Source of the DNA: Thermoplasmata archaeon
Lineage (GTDB): Archaea; Thermoplasmatota; Thermoplasmata; Lutacidiplasmatales; UBA184
Assembly (NCBI GenBank): GCA_021817245.1
Contig: JAKAVQ010000006.1
Span: 66,001 to 130,000, forward strand
DNA length: 64,000 bases
Direction: 5' to 3'
In this document: piece after piece, positions 10,290 to 18,987 of the stretch
Layout: every line of letters begins with the position of its first letter
How positions within the stretch are numbered: the first letter of the stretch is position 1
Notes under the pieces: model-generated
What the model was told of the DNA's origin: nothing
What the model saw: only the letters and a program-made list of their open reading frames with translations
The model's database searches: none
Made by a program: the position numbers and the translations under genes

Positions 10290-10303
10290 TCCGACCGCGA
10301 TGC

Positions 10304-10412
10304 GGGGCTGTGGGGTAGCTACGGGCGCGAGGAAGGCGCCTCCGTCCGCTCTACTGGTCCATCCTTCGGGCTTTGGGAGCCCGGGACCCCGATTCAAATT
10401 CGGGCAGCCCCA
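10304..10412 (+). tRNA. tRNA-Pro(TGG) with a ~34-nt non-canonical D-loop intron (~10320-10353)
   Basis: Acceptor GGGGCTG/CAGCCCC, anticodon arm CGGGC-TTTGGGA-GCCCG, T arm CCCGA-TTCAAAT-TCGGG; extra hairpin-forming sequence between TAGC and CTGG. Confidence 0.92.
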
Positions 10413-10582
10413 TCGCCGCATCGAGACCGGTCCGTCGGCGTGAGTTCCCCGGTACGGGTGGAGGCTCTTTGGAAGGATCGAATACGACGCCGTCCACGAA
10501 CGACCGTCGGCCCGGGGGAGACGCTGATCCTTCGGGCGATGCGCTCGAGGGAGCGCGGGCGTTCTACGCTCGCCGACCTCCC

Positions 10583-11398
10583 ATGCCGATCGAGGTCGAG
10601 CTCGCGACCAAGCGCCTCCAGTTGCAAGAGGGCGGCCTCCTGACGCGCATCCTCGACGAGGCGGTGGCGGCGACCGGCATGGAATTAGGGACCGTCCTGG
10701 ACTTCGGTGGACGCTCGGGCGCGAACCTCCAGCTCCTTGCGGACCGTCAGCGAATCCAGCGACGGGTCTGCTTCGACTTCACGCCCCCCGCGACCCCCCT
10801 ATCGGGTATCGAGTACGTCTCCGGAGCCTGGACGGAGCTCGCGGCGCACGTCCCGCCCCATTCCGTGGACCTCATCCTCGCGGTGGAGGTCATCGAGCAC
10901 GTCTATGATCCCGACGCCATGCTCGCCTTCTGCCGCCGCCTTTTGCGCCCGGGCGGCGTCCTCCTCCTGACAACACCGAATCTTTCCAGTCTCGTGAGCC
11001 GTCTCTCGCTGCTCCTCGGGTGGCAGCCGCTCGACACCGAGGTGAGCACCGTGACGCGATTCGGGTTCCCGGGAGCGACCCGGTGGAGCGTCGTCGGACA
11101 CATTCGGGTGTTTACGTTCCGGGCCCTGCTCGAGTTCCTGAGGTTCCACGACTGGAGGATCGAGCGGGCGTACACGGTCGCCCAAGGCCGGACCGCGCCG
11201 ACCGGCGGGCGGCTCTCCGGCGCGCTCGGATTCTACGCGCGGCTCGACCGTTTCGCGGGCCATTTCGGCCGTCGCTTGGCGTCGCACTCGATCGCGGTAG
11301 TCCGACCGAACGACCCGCCCCCGGTCCGGGAGGGGACCGGACCAGTCGTTTCCGCGGATCCGCGCGAGCGGACGCCCCCTTCGCCAACGGGAGAGTAG
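10583..11398 (+). CDS. Class I SAM-dependent methyltransferase (glycan-locus type)
   Basis: VLDFGGRSG motif I, DLILAVEVIEH, LRPGGVLLLTTPN, HIRVFT; start uncertain. Confidence 0.85.
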   Translation: MPIEVELATKRLQLQEGGLLTRILDEAVAATGMELGTVLDFGGRSGANLQLLADRQRIQRRVCFDFTPPATPLSGIEYVSGAWTELAAHVPPHSVDLILAVEVIEHVYDPDAMLAFCRRLLRPGGVLLLTTPNLSSLVSRLSLLLGWQPLDTEVSTVTRFGFPGATRWSVVGHIRVFTFRALLEFLRFHDWRIERAYTVAQGRTAPTGGRLSGALGFYARLDRFAGHFGRRLASHSIAVVRPNDPPPVREGTGPVVSADPRERTPPSPTGE

Positions 11399-11559
11399 CC
11401 GCGTCGCGACTCCCCCGGATGCGCGAAGCGAGCGCATCCGCACGTTACGGGCGCCCCGACGGGTGGGGAGCGGACACCGGAGGCTGCGACTTCGGTGGAA
11501 GGGAGCCTGTCGTGGTTTCAGGCCGGGGAAGTCGGACCGGGTCTCGAGGATCGGTCGCT

Positions 11560-12588
11560 CTACCGCTCGCCGTGGAAGCGCCGGTGAGACTGCCAGAGGC
11601 CCGCCAGCCGGACGGCGACTTTCGGCGCGAGCGGATAGCCGAACATCAGCAAGGTCGGTACGGTGAGTGGGCGACGGAGCCCGACCCCATCGAGCAGCGC
11701 CCGCATGGTCCTGCGGTACTCGTGGAACCCGGTCTCCCGAGTGTGGAACACGAGATGGAGGATCGCGTTCACGACCGCGGGATTCAGCGTAGCGTGCGCC
11801 CCGTCGGACTGCGAGTCCAGAAGGTCCAGCATCCACGCGATGTCCTGATTGGGGTTCCCCGGCCGCGCCCAGATCGAGTTGGCCGCCCGGGCGACCCCCT
11901 CCGACACGTTGAGGTGATAGCCGGTGAGAACGCTCTGGTCCATCGCCATCCGCCGGCGCTCCGTGACCGCCATCATGAACACGCTATGGTCGGCGATCGT
12001 CAATCGACGGAGATCGCCGAGCCAGGGAAGGATCGCCGTCCGGCGGACGGTGAGACAGCTGGCGATCACGGGCCGTAGGCCACGTCGGTACTGGTTGCCC
12101 GAGCGGGTGTCGAACACCTCCACCGGTCCGATCCTGCCCTGCGCGGGAGGAGCGTCCGCGAACGTCGCGTAGCGGTTCGCGTGGAAGACCACCTCAGGAT
12201 CGGAAAACACCTCCCGCACGCGCGCGATCTTTCCGGGGAGCAGGACGTCATCGTCGTCAAGGAATACGACCACGTCTCCCCGACAGTGATCGATGCCGTC
12301 CGCGAACTTGCCGCCGGGATACCCCTCCCGGGTGGGAAAGACCCGGGCGCCGAGCCGAACGAGCTCCGCATCGACCGACGGGTCCCGGGAGAACTCGACG
12401 ACGACGACTTCGTCCGGGAACTGGCGGGTCGCCGACTCCACCGCCCGCACGAGGTAGCTGAGCCGAGTGTGGGCGATCACGACGACGCTCACGCGAGGCT
12501 GCGGCACGTGCCCGTCCCCCCCGGGCACGGGCGGCGTCGAGTCGACGGACCCTGCGGGCTGGCCCTCCCGCGCCGCTGATCCGCTCAT
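11560..12588 (-). CDS. Glycosyltransferase family 2
   Basis: VSVVVIAH..R..L.RAVES, GDVVVFLDDDD (DxD). Confidence 0.85.
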   Translation of the reverse strand: MSGSAAREGQPAGSVDSTPPVPGGDGHVPQPRVSVVVIAHTRLSYLVRAVESATRQFPDEVVVVEFSRDPSVDAELVRLGARVFPTREGYPGGKFADGIDHCRGDVVVFLDDDDVLLPGKIARVREVFSDPEVVFHANRYATFADAPPAQGRIGPVEVFDTRSGNQYRRGLRPVIASCLTVRRTAILPWLGDLRRLTIADHSVFMMAVTERRRMAMDQSVLTGYHLNVSEGVARAANSIWARPGNPNQDIAWMLDLLDSQSDGAHATLNPAVVNAILHLVFHTRETGFHEYRRTMRALLDGVGLRRPLTVPTLLMFGYPLAPKVAVRLAGLWQSHRRFHGER

Positions 12589-12644
12589 GCCGGAGTCGTC
12601 CGTGCGAGCCGTTCGGTCGATAAGGGCTGTTCGGTGCGCCGGCC

Positions 12645-13823
12645 CTACCGCTCCGACCTCGGCGCGGTCCGAAGGACGGAACGGTAGAGGTCGAGGTGAC
12701 GATCGACCATCCGCTCGGCGGAATAGGCCGGTATCGCGTCGCGGGCCGCCCGCGTGAACGTCTCCCGATGGTCCACCACCTCCGTCAGTCGGGCCGCCAT
12801 CTCCGAGTCCGAACCGACCACGAAGCCCGCCCCGGTCGCCGCGAGCTCGCGAGCCGCCCCGGCGTCGTAGGCCACGAACGGCAACCCGGCGGCCATCGCT
12901 TCGAGCAAGCCGATTCCGAACCCCTCGAACGCGCTGCCCTGCACGTACGCATCCGCCGCGCCGAGCGCGTCGAGCACGTCTTCTCGCGAAGTCGGTCCGA
13001 GGAAGCGAACCGGAACGCCGAGGTCACGCGCCAGCGCTTCGCAGTGGGCTCGATCGTAGGCCGAGCCGGGGACATCGACCCCCACGACCACGAGGCCCCA
13101 GTCGCCCCGCAGCCGCGCGATCGCACGCACGAGACGGTCGACCCGCTTGTTGTCGTAGAGCCCGCCGACGTAGACGGCGAGGTGCCGGGCCGTTAGCCCC
13201 CAGGAGGAACGGGTCGCCACAGGATCTCCGGACGGGAGTGCGAATTCGCCGAGGTCGATACCGTTCGGGATCGTGCGGAGGCGCTCGGGAGGGAACTTCC
13301 AGCCGACCACCTGACGGGCCTCCCCTTCGGTCAGCGCGATGTACCGATCGAACGCGCGCAGGCGGCCGGGAAAGTAGTGGTCGTAGTAGAGCCAGCGGAT
13401 CGTCCCGCGCCGCATCCAGTAGTGGTAGAAACCGTGCGGCGTGATCACCTGCGGCCAGTCGAAGGAGCGGGCGAACGGGAAGTAGTAGTCTGCACACCAG
13501 ATCCGGTTCCCGTGCAGGTGGAAGACGTCGGCGTCGAGGCCGCGCAGCCGACCGAGGTAGTTCCGAGGGACTCGGAAACCCCCAACATGCCGCATCCGGA
13601 GCCGAACCACCGACACGCCGCCGATCTGTTCTTCCGCCGGACAGCCCGGCTCCTCCTGGGTAACGACCGTGACCTCGTGGCCCCGGGCCGCCACTCCCTC
13701 GGCGAGAAGCTGCACGACCCGCGTGCTGCCGCCCAAGGCGGGCAGATATCGGAGGACCGCGAGGACGACCCGCACGACCGTGCCCTCGTTGCGTTCGGTC
13801 CCGGGAGCTATATCCTTTGGCAA
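12645..13823 (-). CDS. Glycosyltransferase family 4
   Basis: GHEVTVVT, IPNGID, KRVDRLV, EGFGIGLLEAMAAGLP; true start may be slightly downstream. Confidence 0.92.
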   Translation of the reverse strand: MPKDIAPGTERNEGTVVRVVLAVLRYLPALGGSTRVVQLLAEGVAARGHEVTVVTQEEPGCPAEEQIGGVSVVRLRMRHVGGFRVPRNYLGRLRGLDADVFHLHGNRIWCADYYFPFARSFDWPQVITPHGFYHYWMRRGTIRWLYYDHYFPGRLRAFDRYIALTEGEARQVVGWKFPPERLRTIPNGIDLGEFALPSGDPVATRSSWGLTARHLAVYVGGLYDNKRVDRLVRAIARLRGDWGLVVVGVDVPGSAYDRAHCEALARDLGVPVRFLGPTSREDVLDALGAADAYVQGSAFEGFGIGLLEAMAAGLPFVAYDAGAARELAATGAGFVVGSDSEMAARLTEVVDHRETFTRAARDAIPAYSAERMVDRHLDLYRSVLRTAPRSER

Positions 13824-14126
13824 GCCCAGGGTCCCTCGGTGAGCCGCCGAAACGCCGCTCCGCCGGGTCGGATCCCGGCCGGCTCGCCGCGCCCCCTAAG
13901 GGGCGGGCGCCCCGGCTATCCTCCCGTATGCGGCGGTGTCCCGGGATGCTGGGAAGCGCTCCGCACGACAGACGTCAGAATCCGCGCGTGAGCCCCTCGG
14001 GTTCGCCACCGCCGTCGTGCAGCCGGCGCCCGGGCCGGTCGAAGAGGACGCGGTCGGCGCCCCCTCCACCGGGGACCACGGGGCTCGGCGGGAACGGTTA
14101 ATAATTCCGCCGGCCCGGTAGGGGAA

Positions 14127-15110
14127 ATGGCGCGGATCGGGATCACCGGGGCCACCGGCTTCGTCGGGGGGGCCCTCGTGCCCCGGCTGCTGCGGCAGGG
14201 GCACGACCTACTCCTGCTGGACGACCGGTCGGGCCCGGTCCGCGTCGAACCGGAGGGCGCGACGGCCCTCGACCTCGACTTCGCGAGCGACACGGCGCTG
14301 CGGGTCCTCTCGAACGCGGATGTCATTCTCCATCTCGGCGCCGTTTCGGGCGTGATGGTATGCGCGCGAGACCCCGAAGGGTCCGCCCGGAGGAACGTCG
14401 AGGGAACCCGTCGGCTCTACGCGATGTGCCGGGAGCGGAAGATCCCGGCGGCCTTCGCGAGCAGCCTGTCGGTCGTCGGCGCCCCCGACCGATTTCCGAT
14501 CGGGGAAGACACTCCGGCACGACCGACCCATGAGTACGCGAGGCAGAAGGCCGCCGGCGAGGCACTGACCCGCGAGCTGTCGGACCTCGGCGATGTGCCG
14601 ACGGCGGTGCTCCGACAGAGCAACATCTACGGGGGATACGAAGCCTCGGGAAGATGGATCACCAAGTCCAACGTCCTCGAGCTGTTCGCCCGGCAAGCCG
14701 CCCGCGGCGTCCTCGAGGTCAACGCACCCGGAACACAACGCCGGGACTTCGTCCACCTCGACGACGTGCTCTCCCACTGGGAGGCCACGGTCGATTTTCT
14801 GCGCCGTCCCTCGACTCCGGCCGCGGCCTCGGTGTTCAACGTCGCGAGCGGCGAGACCCGCTCGGTGCGGGAGCTGGCCGAGCTCGTGGCCCGGGCGTAC
14901 GCGAAGGCGCACCCGGACCGGGCTCCCCTCCGGATCGAGGTGGTCCCCAACCCGCGCGGAGGGATCGAGCTCGTCGAGCCCGATTTCGAGACCGCGCGGG
15001 CCATGACCGAGCGACTTCTGGGAGTGAAGATCCTCCACCATCTCCCCGACGAGATTCCCCGCATCCTCGACCTTGCCGGGCTCGGGGCCCGCGCACCCGG
15101 TGCCGCCTAG
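14127..15110 (+). CDS. NAD-dependent epimerase/dehydratase (extended SDR)
   Basis: ITGATGFVG, YARQK (YxxxK), NIYG, RDFVHLDD, FNVASG. Confidence 0.92.
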   Translation: MARIGITGATGFVGGALVPRLLRQGHDLLLLDDRSGPVRVEPEGATALDLDFASDTALRVLSNADVILHLGAVSGVMVCARDPEGSARRNVEGTRRLYAMCRERKIPAAFASSLSVVGAPDRFPIGEDTPARPTHEYARQKAAGEALTRELSDLGDVPTAVLRQSNIYGGYEASGRWITKSNVLELFARQAARGVLEVNAPGTQRRDFVHLDDVLSHWEATVDFLRRPSTPAAASVFNVASGETRSVRELAELVARAYAKAHPDRAPLRIEVVPNPRGGIELVEPDFETARAMTERLLGVKILHHLPDEIPRILDLAGLGARAPGAA

Positions 15111-15210
15111 ATCCCCTCTCCCGGGGGTGCGGTTCGGATCGCACCGGGGGCGCCCCCGGGCGAATGGGCGGGCGGAGAAGCGTAAAGTGCCCTAGGAGCA
15201 GCTACGGTCC

Positions 15211-16056
15211 GTGTCCGCGCCGGAGGGACCAGGGACCGCGCCGGAGGGGGCGGAGACGCCTCCGCGCCGAGCGCTACCGCCGCGTTTGCACGCCGCTCAG
15301 ATCCTCTGCGACACCTGCGGGCGACCCACCCTGCACCGTATCGTTCGGTGGAACCAGCGGGTCTCGGGCGGAGCGGGGGCGGGAAGCGGTCTTGCACGGT
15401 GCCGAGAGTGCGGCTGGACCCATGCGTTCGAGGTGCGGCCCCCGGCCGAGGTCGAGGTGGACCTGATCGTCTCGCGGGGTGCGTCCTCGGAACGGTCTCG
15501 GCAGCGCTTTCCGGCATCGACGCGCATCGCCGTCGGCGCGGCGCTCCCGGGCTCCGAGCCCGCGCTCGAAGTGCGAAAGATCGAGTCCGCTCAGGGACGC
15601 TCGGTGGGGGCGGCCTTGGTCTCCGAAACCCGGACGGTCTGGGCGGTCCCGGAGAGCGAGCCGCGTCTACCGGTTTCGATCGTGGAAGGGAGCCGTACGA
15701 GGAGCGTCCGCTGGCCGTTCGACCGGGACGCCTTCGTGGGCGTCGGAGACCGGCTCGTCGTGGACGCGCAGCCGCTCGAGGTCGTCGCCGTTCGGGCTCG
15801 GGGTCGCACCTGGCGGGTGCTGGGGGACCGGTTCGCCGTCCTCGAGATCCAGCGGATCTATGGGCGACGGACCGTGAGTCCCCCCGCGGGCAGGAGCGAT
15901 TGGAGGAGGGTTCGCGGAACGCCGAACTCCTGGACCAGCTCCACCTCCCGAGCCCCCCGTTCGCGCTCGTCGCCCGGAGCGAGGAGCGCCAGGACGGCTC
16001 CCTGGCGCCGCAATGCGTCCGGCGGGGCGACGGTCCACCGGGTCTCTCCCGCGTAG
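15211..16056 (+). CDS. Archaeal zinc-finger protein (HVO_0476/COG1326-like)
   Basis: CDTCG...H, ARCRECGWTH, ESAQG, TVWA, RIYG; the last ~60 aa overlap rqcH antisense. Confidence 0.75.
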   Translation: MSAPEGPGTAPEGAETPPRRALPPRLHAAQILCDTCGRPTLHRIVRWNQRVSGGAGAGSGLARCRECGWTHAFEVRPPAEVEVDLIVSRGASSERSRQRFPASTRIAVGAALPGSEPALEVRKIESAQGRSVGAALVSETRTVWAVPESEPRLPVSIVEGSRTRSVRWPFDRDAFVGVGDRLVVDAQPLEVVAVRARGRTWRVLGDRFAVLEIQRIYGRRTVSPPAGRSDWRRVRGTPNSWTSSTSRAPRSRSSPGARSARTAPWRRNASGGATVHRVSPA

Positions 16057-17807
16057 ACAATCGTCCCGAGCGCGAGCTCGGTCGGCAGGTCGTAAAAGAA
16101 GTGCTTCGTACCGTGGATCACCCAGGCGCCGCGGGCCACGAACTCTCCGCTGGCCCCGGACTTCGTCACCTGCTCCGGAGTCGCCCAGAACGCGGATGCC
16201 GAGGCTAAACCGGCTCGCCACGCCTTCGAGAACGCGACCGCCCACTGGCTCGCTTCCCGGTACGAGACCTCGGTGACCGGGGCGGCCCCGTCGGCCGCGT
16301 GCTTCACGATGACGCTCGCGGCGCCGTGGAGGTCGGCATGGACGTAGACGTCCCCGTCCTTCAGGTGCCGCTTCACGAGGAGGTCGTTGGAGGCGGCATC
16401 GCGACCCCCGACGACCACCGCCCCTTCGGAACTGATGAACCAGCGATACCGCTCAAACCAGTGCGTTCGCCCGCGCGCCGGCACGGTCCCCGCGGGGCCG
16501 CCGGCGCGGAGCGCCGAGGGGGCGATGGGCTCGGCGCGGCGTCGTGCGGTCTCGGCAAGTGCGGCCCGCGCTCCGGCGAGCTTGGACTGGACCCGCTTGA
16601 CCTCTTCGAACAGCGACTGGGCCGACTCCCGGGGGGAGCGGTCGGCCCATACGCTCACCGTTCGACCGCCGAGGATCACTTCGACCCGACGCTCCCGGGG
16701 CTCCCGTGCGACGGCGGCCACCGCCGCCTCCGCCTCGGCATAGTGGGCGAGGATCGCCTCGGCGTCCTCCCGACGGCGATCGGCCTCGGCCGCGAGATCG
16801 GCCACGGCTCGCTCCTGCTCGCCGGCGAGACGTTCGAGCTCCCGGCGGCGCTCCGAAGCGGCCGCTTCCTCGGGAGAGGGGGGGACCGAGGTGAGCGTCG
16901 CGAAGTACTCGTGGGCGGCGTCGCTGAACGTCGATCGCTCCGACTCCTCTGCGCCGTACGCACGCCATCGATGCGACGCGTAGGGAGTCGCGTCGACCGC
17001 GACGCCTTCACGACGGTAGACGTACCCGCGGGGCGTCGTTCCGATCTCCGCGAGCAGACCCGAAAGCTCGGCGTGCAGCCGCGCGGCCGAGCGCTCGGCT
17101 TCGTGGGCGGCGGGAGCTTCGGGAGCGAGGCCGGCTCGCGCGATCAGCTCTTCCGCGATCGGGCCCCCGAGTCCGAGTCGCGCCGCGAGCGTGCTCGCGA
17201 GGTCGGTCCGGGATCGTCGGAGTTCGGACTCCACCGCGTCGGCTCCGACGCTCCACGGGTCGATGCGCGAGGGAGGCCGGGCGTACGGCGCCCCGACGCG
17301 CACCGAGCGGTGGGCCCATTGCCGGGGATGGCTGACCGCCGCGATCCGTCCGTCCCGGGCAACGATAAGGTTCCCGCTCCCGAAGAGCTCGACCGCGAGC
17401 AACAGCTCGGTCGCCTCGTCGCCGCGGCCGAAGTGAAGCTCGAGGAACCGTTCGCCGCCGGGCTCGGCGACCCCACGGAGGATCGCTCCGGTCAGAAGTC
17501 GCCGAAGTTCGCGGGCGATCGGTGAGAGCACCTCGGCACGGCCGGCCGCCTCCGGCAAAAGCGCCGCGTATCGACCCGGAAAGATCAGGAGCTCGCGCCG
17601 GCCCTCGCCGGGCACTCGGAACGCGATCGACCATCCGCCGCCGACGAGGTCAAAGGCCTTGTCGACCCGGGGCCGCTCGAGGGCGCGCAGCTCTCGCACC
17701 ACCGCGAGCGTGTCGAGCGCCGTGAACCGGTCCTTCCGGGTGGGTATCCCGCTCCGAGCGACCGCCACAGCCTTCGCCCGTAGGACCCGGCGCCATTCCT
17801 TAAGCAT
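15858..17807 (-). CDS. rqcH: Ribosome quality control factor RqcH / Rqc2 (NFACT family)
   Basis: FTALD, ERFLELHF, VELFGSGN, coiled coil, WFERYRWFISSEG, GGRDAASN, HADLHGA; start may be ~14 codons downstream. Confidence 0.92.
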   Translation of the reverse strand: MLKEWRRVLRAKAVAVARSGIPTRKDRFTALDTLAVVRELRALERPRVDKAFDLVGGGWSIAFRVPGEGRRELLIFPGRYAALLPEAAGRAEVLSPIARELRRLLTGAILRGVAEPGGERFLELHFGRGDEATELLLAVELFGSGNLIVARDGRIAAVSHPRQWAHRSVRVGAPYARPPSRIDPWSVGADAVESELRRSRTDLASTLAARLGLGGPIAEELIARAGLAPEAPAAHEAERSAARLHAELSGLLAEIGTTPRGYVYRREGVAVDATPYASHRWRAYGAEESERSTFSDAAHEYFATLTSVPPSPEEAAASERRRELERLAGEQERAVADLAAEADRRREDAEAILAHYAEAEAAVAAVAREPRERRVEVILGGRTVSVWADRSPRESAQSLFEEVKRVQSKLAGARAALAETARRRAEPIAPSALRAGGPAGTVPARGRTHWFERYRWFISSEGAVVVGGRDAASNDLLVKRHLKDGDVYVHADLHGAASVIVKHAADGAAPVTEVSYREASQWAVAFSKAWRAGLASASAFWATPEQVTKSGASGEFVARGAWVIHGTKHFFYDLPTELALGTIVYAGETRWTVAPPDALRRQGAVLALLAPGDERERGAREVELVQEFGVPRTLLQSLLPAGGLTVRRP

Positions 17808-18964
17808 TGGTTCTCCTCCCCCGCGCCGTGACGGGGTCGACGCCCGACCTGTCCGCCGAGTGGAGGGAGCGGGCCCGTCGGTTCGCCGAACGGGAGGTCA
17901 AGCCCCGCGCGCTTTCGATCGACCGGGAGGACCGGGTGCCGGAGTCCCTGGTCCGGGCCCTCGCGCGCGAGCGGTTCGCCGGCCTCGGGGTCCCCGAGTC
18001 CTGGGACGGGGTCGGCGGGGACACCCGATCGACCGTGGCGGTGCTGGAGGAGCTCGCGTACGGGAGCGCGGCGGTGGCGGTCCTCCTCGCGGTGCACCTC
18101 TCCGTGTGCGCCGCACCGATCCTCGAGCACGGCACCGACACCCAGCGAGAGCGGTTCCTCCGCCCCCTCGCCCGCGGGGAGCGCATCGGGGCCTTCGGAC
18201 TCACCGAGCCCGGCGCGGGCTCGGACACGGCTCGGATCGCGACGCGCTACGTTCGCGGATCCGACGGCTTTGTACTGCACGGTACGAAGATGTTCACTTC
18301 GAACGCGGTGAGCGCCGGAGTGATCCTCGTCTTCGCAACCTCGGACCCCAAGCTCGGAAACCGCGGGATCTCCGCGTTCATCGTGCCGCCCGGGACCGCG
18401 GGATTCTCGGTCGCCCAGCGCATGGACAAGCTCGGACTGAGGGGGAGTGAGACGACCGAGCTCGTGCTCGACGACGTGCGGCTCCCGGCCGATGCGCTCC
18501 TGGGTGAGGAGGGCACCGGCCTTCGTATCGCCCTCGGGGCGCTCGCGGGGGGCCGCGTGGGGATCGCGAGCTGCGCCCTCGGGGTGGCCCGGGCCGCGTT
18601 CGAGGAGATGCGCCGGTCCGTCCGTCGGGTGGATGCCGAGTGGAAGCGGCCGCTCCTTGCGCGCGCCTACGCCGAGCTCTCGGCGGCGCGAGCCCTGGTG
18701 GAGCGCGCGGCCGCCCGCAAGGACGCCGGGGTGCCGTTCGTGCAAGAGGCCTCGGTCGCGAAGCTCGTGGCGTCGCGGGCCGCGGTCTCCATCGCGTCGG
18801 CCGGCGTGGACGTCGCGGGATTCGAGGGCGTCCGCACCGGAGCCGCCCCCGAACGGCTCCTGCGCGACGCGCGGGTCTTCCCGATCGTCGAGGGCACGAC
18901 CGAGATCCAGGAGCTCATCCTCGCGCGCTCGCTCCTGCGCGGCGAGCCCGGGCCAAGTCTATAG
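17807..18964 (+). CDS. Acyl-CoA dehydrogenase
   Basis: GAFGLTEPGAGSD, LHGTKMFTSN, KLGLRGSET, IVEGTTEIQ; start may be GTG 17828. Confidence 0.93.
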   Translation: MVLLPRAVTGSTPDLSAEWRERARRFAEREVKPRALSIDREDRVPESLVRALARERFAGLGVPESWDGVGGDTRSTVAVLEELAYGSAAVAVLLAVHLSVCAAPILEHGTDTQRERFLRPLARGERIGAFGLTEPGAGSDTARIATRYVRGSDGFVLHGTKMFTSNAVSAGVILVFATSDPKLGNRGISAFIVPPGTAGFSVAQRMDKLGLRGSETTELVLDDVRLPADALLGEEGTGLRIALGALAGGRVGIASCALGVARAAFEEMRRSVRRVDAEWKRPLLARAYAELSAARALVERAAARKDAGVPFVQEASVAKLVASRAAVSIASAGVDVAGFEGVRTGAAPERLLRDARVFPIVEGTTEIQELILARSLLRGEPGPSL

Positions 18965-18987
18965 GCAACCCCGGGCTCGCCGGCTCC

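Noticed and set aside
10413-12640. Possible islet inserted at the tRNA-Pro 3' end (MTase + GT2)
   Set aside because: No integrase or att duplication; the genes fit the neighbouring glycosylation cluster.
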